Part shown: piece after piece, positions 9,587 through 18,613 of the stretch
Numbering within the stretch: position 1 is the stretch's first letter
Layout of the letters: each line of letters opens with the position of its first letter
Assembly: GCA_015064005.1 (NCBI GenBank)
Contig: SVTA01000003.1
Coordinates: forward strand, 1-47,360
From: Oscillospiraceae bacterium
GTDB lineage: Bacteria > Bacillota > Clostridia > Oscillospirales > CAG-272
Direction of reading: 5' to 3'
DNA: 47,360 bases
The notes under the pieces: generated by a model
Told to the model about the DNA's origin: nothing
What the model saw: only the letters and a program-made list of their open reading frames with translations
Database searches by the model: none
Made by a program: the position numbers and the translations under genes

Positions 9587-11035
9587 TCAGCGCCTCAACT
9601 CCAGTGCACGGAGCAATTCCTCTTCGCTCTTGCGGGTCTTGAGATAATGCCGAAGGAAAATACAGGAGAGGGTAAAATGTGCCAGCGCCGTTAATCCCCA
9701 GGAGATTGGATAGGACCAATAGATCACGTCCAGCGTCGGTACGGCACGGAATACGGTGGCGATCCACACCACTCGGAACACGCAAGCGCCAAGCAGACTC
9801 ACCACCGTGGAAGCCACGGATTTGCCAAGGCCGCGCACCACACCGCTGCCCACCTCCATAAAGGCCAAGGAAAAATACAGTGTGAACATGATCATCATCT
9901 TCTTCACGGCGGTCTCGTAAGCAATCTGATCCAGACTTCCCGCCGCACCGGGATGCACGTCGTAAAGCGCCAGCAGGGGGGTGCGCAGAAGGATCAGCGC
10001 GCCGCTGAATGTCACCGCTACAAGAAAGGTGAGAAAATAACAGCATCCCATTACGCGCTTGACGCGCTCGTATTTTGCCGCGCCCACGTTCTGACTGGTA
10101 AAGGTAATGGCCGCTTGATAGAGCGAATTTGTCGCGGTGTAGGCAAAGCCCTCCAGGTTGCTTGCGGCGGCGTTTCCCTTCACCACGGGGGCAAAGGCGG
10201 TTTCCGTTCCAACCATTGCGTTATTGACCTGCAAAATAGAGGATTGGATCACCATATTGGAAAGAGAGAAAAGCGAGCCCTGCAGACCGGCAGGAAGGCC
10301 GATATACACGATTTGACGGAGAGATGCGCGATCCATACAAAGTCGGCGGAAGGAGAATTTACATGCGCCATCGTCCCGCATCAGCCGCCACAGCAGCACC
10401 GCGGCGGAGATCACGTTAGAAAGCGCCGTGGCCAACGCCACACCCTCCACGGAAAGCCCCAACGCCAGCACGAAGAAAAGATTCAGCAACACGTTGGCAA
10501 GACCGGCAAGGGACAGCACGTACAATGGCGTTTTGGTGTCGCCCTTGGCGCGCAGAATGGCAATACAGTAGTTGGTCAACGCCAGGAACGGCGCACCGGC
10601 AAAATAAATGATCGTATAGGTGGTGGCAAGATTCAAAAGCTTACCCTCCGCACCCATTAGTGCCAAAACGGGGCGGGAAATAAAAAGTCCCAGCACGGTT
10701 CCCACAGCACCCAGCACCACGCTGAGGAGAATGGCGGTGTGGGTGGCTCTTGACACCCGCTCATCATCCCTTGCGCCCAAATGGCGCGCCACCACCACGT
10801 TGGCGCCGGTGGCGAAGCCCATAAACACATTCAGCACCAGGTTGACGAAGGCACCCGTCATACCGATGGCGCCCACCGCATCCGGCTCCGAGGAAAGGCC
10901 AACCACCATCATATCGGCGGCATTATATAGGGTCTGCAGCAAATTAGTGGCCATAAGGGGCAGGAAAAATGCCACGATCTTGCCGAGCAACGGCCCCTCT
11001 GTCATATTCAGTTCTTTCTTTTTTGTCAGCGTCAT
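9587..11035 (-). CDS. MATE family efflux transporter 1 (start uncertain, 11035-11044)
   Basis: MTEGPLL, LQTLYNAAD, LRAKGDTKTP, about 12 hydrophobic segments. Confidence 0.92.
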   Translation of the reverse strand: MTLTKKKELNMTEGPLLGKIVAFFLPLMATNLLQTLYNAADMMVVGLSSEPDAVGAIGMTGAFVNLVLNVFMGFATGANVVVARHLGARDDERVSRATHTAILLSVVLGAVGTVLGLFISRPVLALMGAEGKLLNLATTYTIIYFAGAPFLALTNYCIAILRAKGDTKTPLYVLSLAGLANVLLNLFFVLALGLSVEGVALATALSNVISAAVLLWRLMRDDGACKFSFRRLCMDRASLRQIVYIGLPAGLQGSLFSLSNMVIQSSILQVNNAMVGTETAFAPVVKGNAAASNLEGFAYTATNSLYQAAITFTSQNVGAAKYERVKRVMGCCYFLTFLVAVTFSGALILLRTPLLALYDVHPGAAGSLDQIAYETAVKKMMIMFTLYFSLAFMEVGSGVVRGLGKSVASTVVSLLGACVFRVVWIATVFRAVPTLDVIYWSYPISWGLTALAHFTLSCIFLRHYLKTRKSEEELLRALELRR

Positions 11036-11104
11036 TTGCATCATCGGCCAAGGCAAGCCGGGCACTCTCGCCCTTTTTTACCATCTGCCGCCTTTCTCAA
11101 CACA

Positions 11105-11133
11105 GTTATAGCACAAAAGTCGTGGGTTGTCAA
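11105..11133 (-). promoter_or_regulatory. sigmaA promoter of MATE 1
   Basis: TTGACA-17bp-TATAAC with extended TG. Confidence 0.6.
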
Positions 11134-11197
11134 GCGAATTTCCGTTTATTTTATATGATTTATACCCCGAAGCAAAACCGTTTTCGAAGCCGTCCGC

Positions 11198-12622
11198 TTA
11201 CATCGCTTCCTTCTCGCACCGACGGATGGCACGGCGAATGGTCAATAGCACAAGAACGCACTGCACAGCGCCCGTCAACGCCCACGTGAGCGGATAGCAG
11301 CTGTACAAAGAAAGGGGAGTTTCAAACGCACGGAACACCGTATAGATCCATGCCACGCGCAGGGCGCAGGTGCCAATTAAGGTAATAACGGTAGAGGAAA
11401 CGGCCTTTCCCAGCCCCTTGGCCACACCGCTGCAGATTTCCATAAAGGCCGCAAAGGCAAAGGGCAGCGCTACCAATGCTGTGCGAAGCTGGGCAATCTC
11501 ATAAGCGATACGGTCAGGACTACCCTCTGTACCCTTTTTCACGCCGTACAAGGCAAACAGAGGATCGCGCAGCAGGAAAACCACTAAGGGAAAAAGGATA
11601 GAAAATACCAAAGAGAGTCCCCCACACAGCAGAAGCACACGCAGGACGCGGCGGGGCTTTTTGGCACCAATGTTCTGGCTGGTAAAGGTAATGGCCGCCT
11701 GTACAAAGGCGTTATTGGCTGTGCTGACGAAGGTGCCGAGATTTTGTGAGGCCGCATTTCCCTTCACCACAGGCGCAAATGCCGTCACCCCCGGGCACAT
11801 GATATCGTTCAGACGCAGCACCGAGGATTGAATCAGAATATTGGAAACCGAAAAAAGGGAGGACTGTATGCCCGTGGGTAACCCCACGTGAAGAATGGAA
11901 AGAAAGCTTTTTTGATCAATACCCAGCCGACGGGGCGAGAAATGGCACTCTCCGGGGTCCCGATGCAATCGCCAAAGCAGCAGCGCGGCCGAGATCGCAT
12001 TGGAAAGCGCCGTAGCCAATGCCACTCCCTCCACAGACATTCCAAAGCCCAACACGAAGAGAAGATTGGAAAGCACGTTGAAAATACCGGCAGCGGAAAG
12101 CACCAGAAGGGGCGTCTGCGCGTCACCCTTTGCCCGCAGAATGGCGGCAGCGTAGTTGGTCAGCGCCACAAAGGGCACGCCAAGAAAATAAATGCGGGTA
12201 TACAGCACCGCAAGATTCAGCAGCTTTCCACTAACACCCATCAGTGCAAGCACGGGCCGGGAAATCAGAATGCCAATCAAGGAGGAGGCAAGGCCAAAGA
12301 TCACAGACATCGCGATGGCGGTATGTACCGCGCGGGACGCCCTCTCCCGCTCTCCTGCACCAATGTGTCGCGCAACCACCACGTTAGCGCCGATAGAAAA
12401 GCCTACAAACACGTTGACGATGAGATTTGTCAGCGCCGTGGTGGTGCCAATGGCGCCCACGGCATCCGCCTCGGGAGAAAGGCTGACCACCATCATATCC
12501 GCAGCGTTATACAGCACCTGCAGCAGATTGGTCAATATAATGGGAAGGCTGAAGGCAAAGATCTTGCTCAGCAGCGGTCCGTTGATCATATCTATATCCT
12601 TGCGTCTTGCAAAAATCGACAT
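11198..12622 (-). CDS. MATE family efflux transporter 2 (tandem paralogue)
   Basis: LQVLYNAAD, LRAKGDAQTP; shares the TAFAPVVKGNAA segment with MATE 1. Confidence 0.92.
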   Translation of the reverse strand: MSIFARRKDIDMINGPLLSKIFAFSLPIILTNLLQVLYNAADMMVVSLSPEADAVGAIGTTTALTNLIVNVFVGFSIGANVVVARHIGAGERERASRAVHTAIAMSVIFGLASSLIGILISRPVLALMGVSGKLLNLAVLYTRIYFLGVPFVALTNYAAAILRAKGDAQTPLLVLSAAGIFNVLSNLLFVLGFGMSVEGVALATALSNAISAALLLWRLHRDPGECHFSPRRLGIDQKSFLSILHVGLPTGIQSSLFSVSNILIQSSVLRLNDIMCPGVTAFAPVVKGNAASQNLGTFVSTANNAFVQAAITFTSQNIGAKKPRRVLRVLLLCGGLSLVFSILFPLVVFLLRDPLFALYGVKKGTEGSPDRIAYEIAQLRTALVALPFAFAAFMEICSGVAKGLGKAVSSTVITLIGTCALRVAWIYTVFRAFETPLSLYSCYPLTWALTGAVQCVLVLLTIRRAIRRCEKEAM

Positions 12623-12672
12623 CTCATTACCCCTTTCTGATTTTTCACACCGTTAACGCCCTTCTATGCCAT

Positions 12673-12701
12673 TTTATAGCACAACCACCGCACAATGTCA
12701 A
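12673..12701 (-). promoter_or_regulatory. sigmaA promoter of MATE 2
   Basis: TTGACA-17bp-TATAAA with extended TG. Confidence 0.6.
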
Positions 12702-12732
12702 CCCTTTTCTACAAAAAACACTTCTGCCGCAA

Positions 12733-12775
12733 AAAAGCATGAAAGCATACCAACAGGGTATGCTTTCATGCTTTT
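12733..12775 (-). terminator. Terminator after AEC transporter
   Basis: AAAAGCATGAAAGCATACC-AACAG-GGTATGCTTTCATGCTTTT. Confidence 0.85.
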
Positions 12776-12780
12776 ACTGT

Positions 12781-13770
12781 TCAGAATGCGCCACCAAGGC
12801 GAAGCAGGAATGTAATGAGAAATACCGTCAGCGCTGAGGCGAGGGTTGACCAAACCACCAGCTGCCCTGCAAGCACCACATCGCCGCCCATTTCCTGCAC
12901 CATAGGCACGCTGGGCACCGCCACAGGAGTGGCAAATACTGAAACAAAGGTCGCAAAATGCGCGGGCGTGAAGCGATGACGGAAAAAGATATACGCTACG
13001 CCGATGGCAAGGGCGGGTACCACCACCACGCGAACCAGCGTGCCGAAGATGATCTCCTTTTTCAGCGCGGCTACAGCGGAAAGCTCAAACTGCGCGCCCA
13101 GCACCAGCAGTGCCAGCGGGATCGCAAGACCGGCGAGATACTGCAGAACGGTGAACAGCGGGTCAAGATCAGAGAGGCGGAAGGAGATGCCGTTTTTCTC
13201 AAAAGCAGTGCGGATCAGAATACATACCAGCGCCGCGGCAATGCCAAGGATCAGCGGGTTTTTGAGAATATCGAGAACGATCTTTTTTACGCTGACCCTC
13301 TCACCGCCGTCGTTGCCGATGGCGGTCAGGCTCACCACCGCGAGAATATTAAAAAGCGGGATCACCGCAGCGGAAAGCAGAGTGGCAGCAATGGCACCGG
13401 CCTCACCGTAAAGAGAGTTGGCAAGGGGAATGCCGATCAGCGAATAACCGGAACGGACAGCAGCCTGAATCAGCACACCGCGGCGGTTTTTCTGCCCTGC
13501 AACCGCAATAGAAGCGGGAATGGAGAGGAAAAACACCACCAGAAGGGCGATAACCACGTATCCGATGAAGGCAAAATCAAAGCCCGCGAGGCTTTTGATC
13601 TTATAGATGTTGACAAACAGCATCACCGGCATAAACACGCGGAAAACCAGCTTATTTGCCTCCTTGGCAAAGCTTTCGCCGATCATGCCCACGCGCTTTA
13701 GAAAATATCCCATCAGCACCATCAGCACGATTGGGGCTATGGCACCGATCGCAAAAATAAAAGAATCCAT
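12781..13770 (-). CDS. AEC (auxin efflux carrier / malate permease-like) family transporter
   Basis: LVFRVFMP, IGIPLA, ILKNPLI, PLALLVLG, TPVAV motifs; about 10 TM segments; SD GGAGG. Confidence 0.88.
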   Translation of the reverse strand: MDSFIFAIGAIAPIVLMVLMGYFLKRVGMIGESFAKEANKLVFRVFMPVMLFVNIYKIKSLAGFDFAFIGYVVIALLVVFFLSIPASIAVAGQKNRRGVLIQAAVRSGYSLIGIPLANSLYGEAGAIAATLLSAAVIPLFNILAVVSLTAIGNDGGERVSVKKIVLDILKNPLILGIAAALVCILIRTAFEKNGISFRLSDLDPLFTVLQYLAGLAIPLALLVLGAQFELSAVAALKKEIIFGTLVRVVVVPALAIGVAYIFFRHRFTPAHFATFVSVFATPVAVPSVPMVQEMGGDVVLAGQLVVWSTLASALTVFLITFLLRLGGAF

Positions 13771-13792
13771 ACGTTGTCCTCCCGATGATTGT

Positions 13793-13883
13793 AAAAAGCC
13801 CTCGTACGAGGGCTTTTGCTATCGCGCGACGCGCGCTGGTATCATTGCTGTGATATTGTAGCACATTTTTCGACGGAAAACAA
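13793..13883 (-). promoter_or_regulatory. Promoter plus candidate attenuator leader of AEC gene
   Basis: TTGTTT-17bp-TACAAT with extended TG; uORF 13845-13819; hairpin plus U5 at 13817-13793. Confidence 0.55.
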
Positions 13884-14011
13884 GGGTTTTCGTTAAACTT
13901 TTAACTATCTCATTTTGACAAAGTTTTGAAAGGAAATCACGCGGTGCTTGTGCGATTTATTCTAATCATTTATCTTTTAATATGAATTGATAGGTTTTGC
14001 TTATAAATAGT

Positions 14012-14045
14012 AAAAAGCGCGGAGCGAGGACTCCGCGCTTTTTTG
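14012..14045 (-). terminator. Terminator after copA
   Basis: AAAAAGCGCGGAG-CGAGGA-CTCCGCGCTTTTTTT. Confidence 0.85.
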
Positions 14046-14049
14046 TTAT

Positions 14050-16590
14050 TTACTTCGCTTGATATCCGGCGGCCTTGACGGCAGTGATCAGTGCCTCGGG
14101 CTTTACCTTAGCCGCTGCCTCAACCGTAACGGTACCTGCAGCAAGATCTGCCTTGGCCGATTTGACACCGGAAATCGCAGTAAGAGCGGCCTCCACACGA
14201 GCGGAGCAATGCCCGCACATCATGCCCTCCACCGTCAATACGGTAGTAACAATCTCGGATTTCTTAAAAAGCATTTTTTCCTTCTCCTTTTGTTCCTTTA
14301 TTTTTCTTTCTTTTTCTTTATCGCGATAGACGGAAGGTACAAATCGACCCAAGCGTAAGGCGTTCAGTACCACAAATACCGAGGAGCAGCTCATGGCCGC
14401 GGAGGCGATCATCGGCGTGAGCATGATCCCAAAGGCGGGATACAGCACGCCGGCTGCCACGGGAATACAGAGCGCGTTATAGCAAAGCGCCCAAAACAGA
14501 TTCTGTCGGATGTTCCGGCGGGTCGCCCTGCCGATCTCCACAGCGGCGACCGCGTCGCAAAGCGAGTTGCCTGCCAGCACCACGCCGGCGGACTCCACCG
14601 CAACGCCGGTGCCCGCTCCAATAGCGAGGCCCACGTCTGCACGGGCAAGCGCGGGGGCATCGTTGATACCGTCTCCCGCCATGGCAACGGTGCCCTTTTC
14701 GGCAAAATCTCGCACCGTCTGTTCCTTATCTGCGGGTAAAAGTCCCGCACGGTAGGTATGAATGCCGGCCTCTGCTGCGATTTTTGCCGCCACAGCCTCA
14801 TGATCGCCGGTCAGCATCACGGTATCCACGCCCAATCGACGCAGCGCCGCCACGGCCTCGGGGCTATCTCCTCGCAGCGTATCCGCCACACCCAGCACAC
14901 CGAGAACGGTATTACCTGCGGCAACAATTACCACACTTTTTCCCTCTTTTTCAAGACCGTTGACGGCCTTTTCTGCTTCAAGGGACAGTGCAGGAGCATT
15001 CTCCAGCGCGGAAAACAACGCCTTCCGGCCGGCAAAAAGCAATCGACCGTCCGCAAGTCTTCCGGATAAGCCAAGACCCGTGTGAGAGGCGAAATTTTCG
15101 ATTTCGACCCGCTGCTCCGAGAGCGCGGCAACGGCCTTTGCCACGGGATGTGTGGACTGTGCCTCCAGCGAGGCTGCAACACAGTAAAGCTCCTGCTCCG
15201 TACCGGACAGCACAACCGTATCCGTAACCCGCATGCGTCCCTCGGTGAGCGTGCCGGTCTTATCGGTCAACAGTACCTTGACGGTAGCCAGGGTCTCCAG
15301 CGCTTCTGCGCTTTTGAAAAGAATACCGAAGCGGGCGGCCCGTCCGCTGCCCACCGTAATGGCCGTGGGCGTGGCAAGACCCAGCGCACAGGGGCAGGAA
15401 ATGACCAGCACCGAGGTAGCGGCACGGAAGGCATCCGCCACGCTGCGGGTAAGGATCATCCATAAAACCGCTGTCAAAGCGGCAATACATAGCACAATGG
15501 GTACAAAAACGGCGCTGACCCTATCCGCCATGCGGGCAGCGGGCGCCTTGCTTGCGGCGGTTGCCTCCAGCAGCGCGGCAATCTGTCGCAGCGCTGTTTC
15601 CTCACCGGTTTTCGTGATACAAACAGTAATCAAGCCGTCCTCCAGCACCGTGGCACCGAATACCTCATCGCCCTCGCCAACGCTGCGGGGGAGCGATTCG
15701 CCGGTCAACATCGCCTCATTTGTGCTGCCGGATCCCTCGAAAATCACACCGTCTGCAGGGATTTTTTCTCCGGTGGGCACCAGAACCAGATCACCGACCT
15801 CCAAAAGCTCCGGTGGGATCTCCTCGATTTTCCCGTCCCTTTTGCGTCTGGCAATCTGTGCTTCCTCTGCCATCAGCGCGCGCACCGCGCCTGCCGCCCG
15901 GTGTCGGGCGCGTCCCTCCAGGTATTTGCCCACGGATACCAGCACCAATATCATTGCGGCGGATTCCAGATACAGCTGATGCACGTATTGATGCACCAGC
16001 GCAGCATTGCCCGTTGCTGTGCCGTAAAAAATAAACACACCCGCCACTACGCCGTATACGGCAGAGGCACCGGAGCCGAGGGCTACCAACGAATCCATAT
16101 TTGGCGCACCGTGCAGTAGCGCCGAAAAGCCCGCCTTAAAAAAGCGCCGCTCAAAAAACAGCACCGTAAATGCCAGCACCGCTTGAATGCTGAAAAACAC
16201 TCTCGGATATTTGGTCGCATCAAATATAGCGGGTAACGGCAATGGCGTCATATGCCACATAGCCACCGCCATCAGGAGCAGCACCAATCCTCCGCAAAGG
16301 GAAAGGCGAAAAAGCTCTCTCTTTTTTTCTGATTTTTCTTTTTCTTCATCTGCCGCCGCGTCCCGTTTTTCAAGCCCGTATCCGGCCCTTTTCAGAGAAA
16401 CAGCCAGCTTTTTGAATTGGACATCCTCTCTGCCCTCCTCCACCTCAACCGTAAGCGTGCCGGAAAGCAGACTGACCTGGAAGGGGCAGCTTTCTCCCAC
16501 CACGGACCGTACGGCACGCTCTACGTGCGCAACACACGCCGAGCAGGTCATACCCTTTACGCGATATATTTCTGTTTTTATTGTTTTCAC
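14050..16590 (-). CDS. copA: Copper-translocating P1B-type ATPase with N- and C-terminal HMA domains
   Basis: GMTCSAC, TGES, CPCALGLATP, DKTGT, HP, GDGINDAP, YN and MxxSS motifs; C-terminal GMMCGHC. Confidence 0.93.
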   Translation of the reverse strand: MKTIKTEIYRVKGMTCSACVAHVERAVRSVVGESCPFQVSLLSGTLTVEVEEGREDVQFKKLAVSLKRAGYGLEKRDAAADEEKEKSEKKRELFRLSLCGGLVLLLMAVAMWHMTPLPLPAIFDATKYPRVFFSIQAVLAFTVLFFERRFFKAGFSALLHGAPNMDSLVALGSGASAVYGVVAGVFIFYGTATGNAALVHQYVHQLYLESAAMILVLVSVGKYLEGRARHRAAGAVRALMAEEAQIARRKRDGKIEEIPPELLEVGDLVLVPTGEKIPADGVIFEGSGSTNEAMLTGESLPRSVGEGDEVFGATVLEDGLITVCITKTGEETALRQIAALLEATAASKAPAARMADRVSAVFVPIVLCIAALTAVLWMILTRSVADAFRAATSVLVISCPCALGLATPTAITVGSGRAARFGILFKSAEALETLATVKVLLTDKTGTLTEGRMRVTDTVVLSGTEQELYCVAASLEAQSTHPVAKAVAALSEQRVEIENFASHTGLGLSGRLADGRLLFAGRKALFSALENAPALSLEAEKAVNGLEKEGKSVVIVAAGNTVLGVLGVADTLRGDSPEAVAALRRLGVDTVMLTGDHEAVAAKIAAEAGIHTYRAGLLPADKEQTVRDFAEKGTVAMAGDGINDAPALARADVGLAIGAGTGVAVESAGVVLAGNSLCDAVAAVEIGRATRRNIRQNLFWALCYNALCIPVAAGVLYPAFGIMLTPMIASAAMSCSSVFVVLNALRLGRFVPSVYRDKEKERKIKEQKEKEKMLFKKSEIVTTVLTVEGMMCGHCSARVEAALTAISGVKSAKADLAAGTVTVEAAAKVKPEALITAVKAAGYQAK

Positions 16591-16607
16591 TTCCCTTCGT
16601 TATTGTT

Positions 16608-16636
16608 AGTATATACGATCTTCTTTTTAAAATCAA
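16608..16636 (-). promoter_or_regulatory. Putative copA promoter
   Basis: TTGATT-17bp-TATACT. Confidence 0.5.
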
Positions 16637-16711
16637 GGCCATTTTCCCTTCGTTAAAAGTAAATAAATTGTGAACTTTTATATTTTCACGCGTGTGTGCG
16701 CGCGAAAATAC

Positions 16712-16740
16712 TTGTTTTATCTTAAGATATATGTTATAAT
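16712..16740 (+). promoter_or_regulatory. dnaA promoter
   Basis: TTGTTT-17bp-TATAAT with extended TG; SD AAGGAGG downstream. Confidence 0.65.
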
Positions 16741-16785
16741 ATGTTTATATATAATTACAGATTTTAATTTCAAGGAGGTAATTTT

Positions 16786-18165
16786 ATGGCTTGTCCCGAA
16801 GAAATACTGTCGTTTTGGGAGCTGGTAAAAGAATCCTTTCGAAAAGAATGCGCCGTTGAGATATTCAATCTTTGGTATAACGACATTACGCCCGTTGATT
16901 ATCAGGCTGAAGGCGAAAATCTGATTTTTTCCGCCACCTCCGAGTTCAAGCTGAAGTATCTGACGGAAAAATATAAGCCGCTGATTGAACATCGGTTTTC
17001 TACACTGATTGGCATGGATCTTCATATTTCCTTCGTATGCAAAGCTCCCAACACCTCCGTTGAGGAGCTGAAGAAGAGAATTTCACCCGCGGAGTCGGCT
17101 GCAGCGCCGGTGGAAAGCATTCCCGCCGAGAGCAACGCGGAAAACATACAGCGTGCCAAATATACCTTTGATAATTTCATCGTGGGCGAGGCAAATAAAT
17201 TTGCCCGTGCCGCCTGCTGGAAGGTTGCCAATAATCCCTATACCGAATGGAATCCGCTTTTTCTTTACGGTCCCAGCGGTGTGGGTAAAACGCACCTGAT
17301 GTGCGCGGTGATCAACGAGCTGCGCCGCCAAAATCCCAATATCCGGGTGGTCTACATCAAGGGTGACGATTTTATCAACGACATGATCAAGTGCATCGCA
17401 AACAGCACCATGGAAACCTTCCGTGCCCGCTATCGCAGCTGTGACGTGCTGCTGATTGACGATATTCAGTTTATCGCCGGCAAGGAGGCCACACAGATGG
17501 AGGTCTTCAACACCTTCCAGACCCTGTTTGACGACGGCAAGCAGATCATTCTCGCCTCCGACCGTCCGCCAAAGGATATCAACCCACTGGAGGAGCGCCT
17601 TCGCTCCCGCTTTGAGCAGGGACTACTGGCGGATATCAATCCTCCCGATCTTGAGCTGCGCGTTGCGATCCTGCGAAAAAAGGCAGAAACACTGGACATT
17701 GACCTGCCCGATGACGTACTGACCTTCCTTGCGGAAAATCTGCGCTCCAATATCCGTCAGATCGAGGGTGCCATTAAAAAGCTGGCAGCCAAAAGCCTGG
17801 TGGAGGGCAGAATGATTTCTATGGAGCTGGCAAAGGATTGCATCACCGATCTGCGTGGAGAAACCGAGCCGCTGAATGTTACCATTGATAAGATCTTCGC
17901 TGCCGTATTTAAAAAATTCGGTATACAAAAGGAAGAGCTGGTGGGCAAAAAGCGTAACAAGGAAATTGCCAACCCCCGGCACATCTGTGTATTTCTTATC
18001 CGGGAAATTACGGAAATGTCCTATCCCAATATCAGCAAAATTTTTGACCGCGATCACGCCACAGTAATGGCCTCCATTGAGGTGGTGAAAAAGCGTATCT
18101 CCTCCGACCCCGTTTACGCCATGGATATTGAAACGCTCCGCAAGGAAATTTGCGGAAATCAATAA
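16786..18165 (+). CDS. dnaA: Chromosomal replication initiator DnaA
   Basis: YTFDNF, NPLFLYG, GVGKTHL Walker A, LLIDDIQF Walker B, RLRSRF, RDHxTV in domain IV. Confidence 0.99.
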   Translation: MACPEEILSFWELVKESFRKECAVEIFNLWYNDITPVDYQAEGENLIFSATSEFKLKYLTEKYKPLIEHRFSTLIGMDLHISFVCKAPNTSVEELKKRISPAESAAAPVESIPAESNAENIQRAKYTFDNFIVGEANKFARAACWKVANNPYTEWNPLFLYGPSGVGKTHLMCAVINELRRQNPNIRVVYIKGDDFINDMIKCIANSTMETFRARYRSCDVLLIDDIQFIAGKEATQMEVFNTFQTLFDDGKQIILASDRPPKDINPLEERLRSRFEQGLLADINPPDLELRVAILRKKAETLDIDLPDDVLTFLAENLRSNIRQIEGAIKKLAAKSLVEGRMISMELAKDCITDLRGETEPLNVTIDKIFAAVFKKFGIQKEELVGKKRNKEIANPRHICVFLIREITEMSYPNISKIFDRDHATVMASIEVVKKRISSDPVYAMDIETLRKEICGNQ

Positions 18166-18613
18166 TTTTTCGGCAGCCTTTCCACTCCTATAAAAAATGC
18201 TGCGTAAAACCTATGAAAAACTCGCGGGATCCGCTTATTTCCTATTTTTCTTCTCTGTGTAAAACATAAAGCAAATGTGTAAACGGTACTTAAAAATCAC
18301 TTTTCCGCAGCATTTTTGCGAAATTTCCGTTGTGTAAAACAAAAGATTTTATACAGAAAAATCATTTCAGTCCGCAAAATCCTTCAGAAAAGAAAAATTT
18401 CACCGGAAGACCTCTTTTTTTCACAGCCTGAGGAGCTTCTCTTGCCCTTCTTTTCCATATTGTTTTGCCGCTGAAAATTTCGCAAAATACCGTGCCACAA
18501 TCGCTTTTTGAGTTTTCCACAGTTTCCACGCCCCCTAATACTTTTACTACGAAATTATAATATCATTATATCTCTTTTTGTCCCCTCCGGGGACGAGAGC
18601 GAAAGGAGTATTT
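18166..18613. other. oriC (dnaA-dnaN intergenic): DnaA boxes, basal unwinding system, AT-rich DUE
   Basis: Boxes TGTGTAAAA (18256, 18331), TTTTCCGCA (18301), TTTTTCACA (18417); tandem TTTTCCACA-GTTTCCACG (18513-18530), then a C-run, DnaA-trio-like CTA ATA CTT TTA CTA, and an AT-rich tract. Confidence 0.88.
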
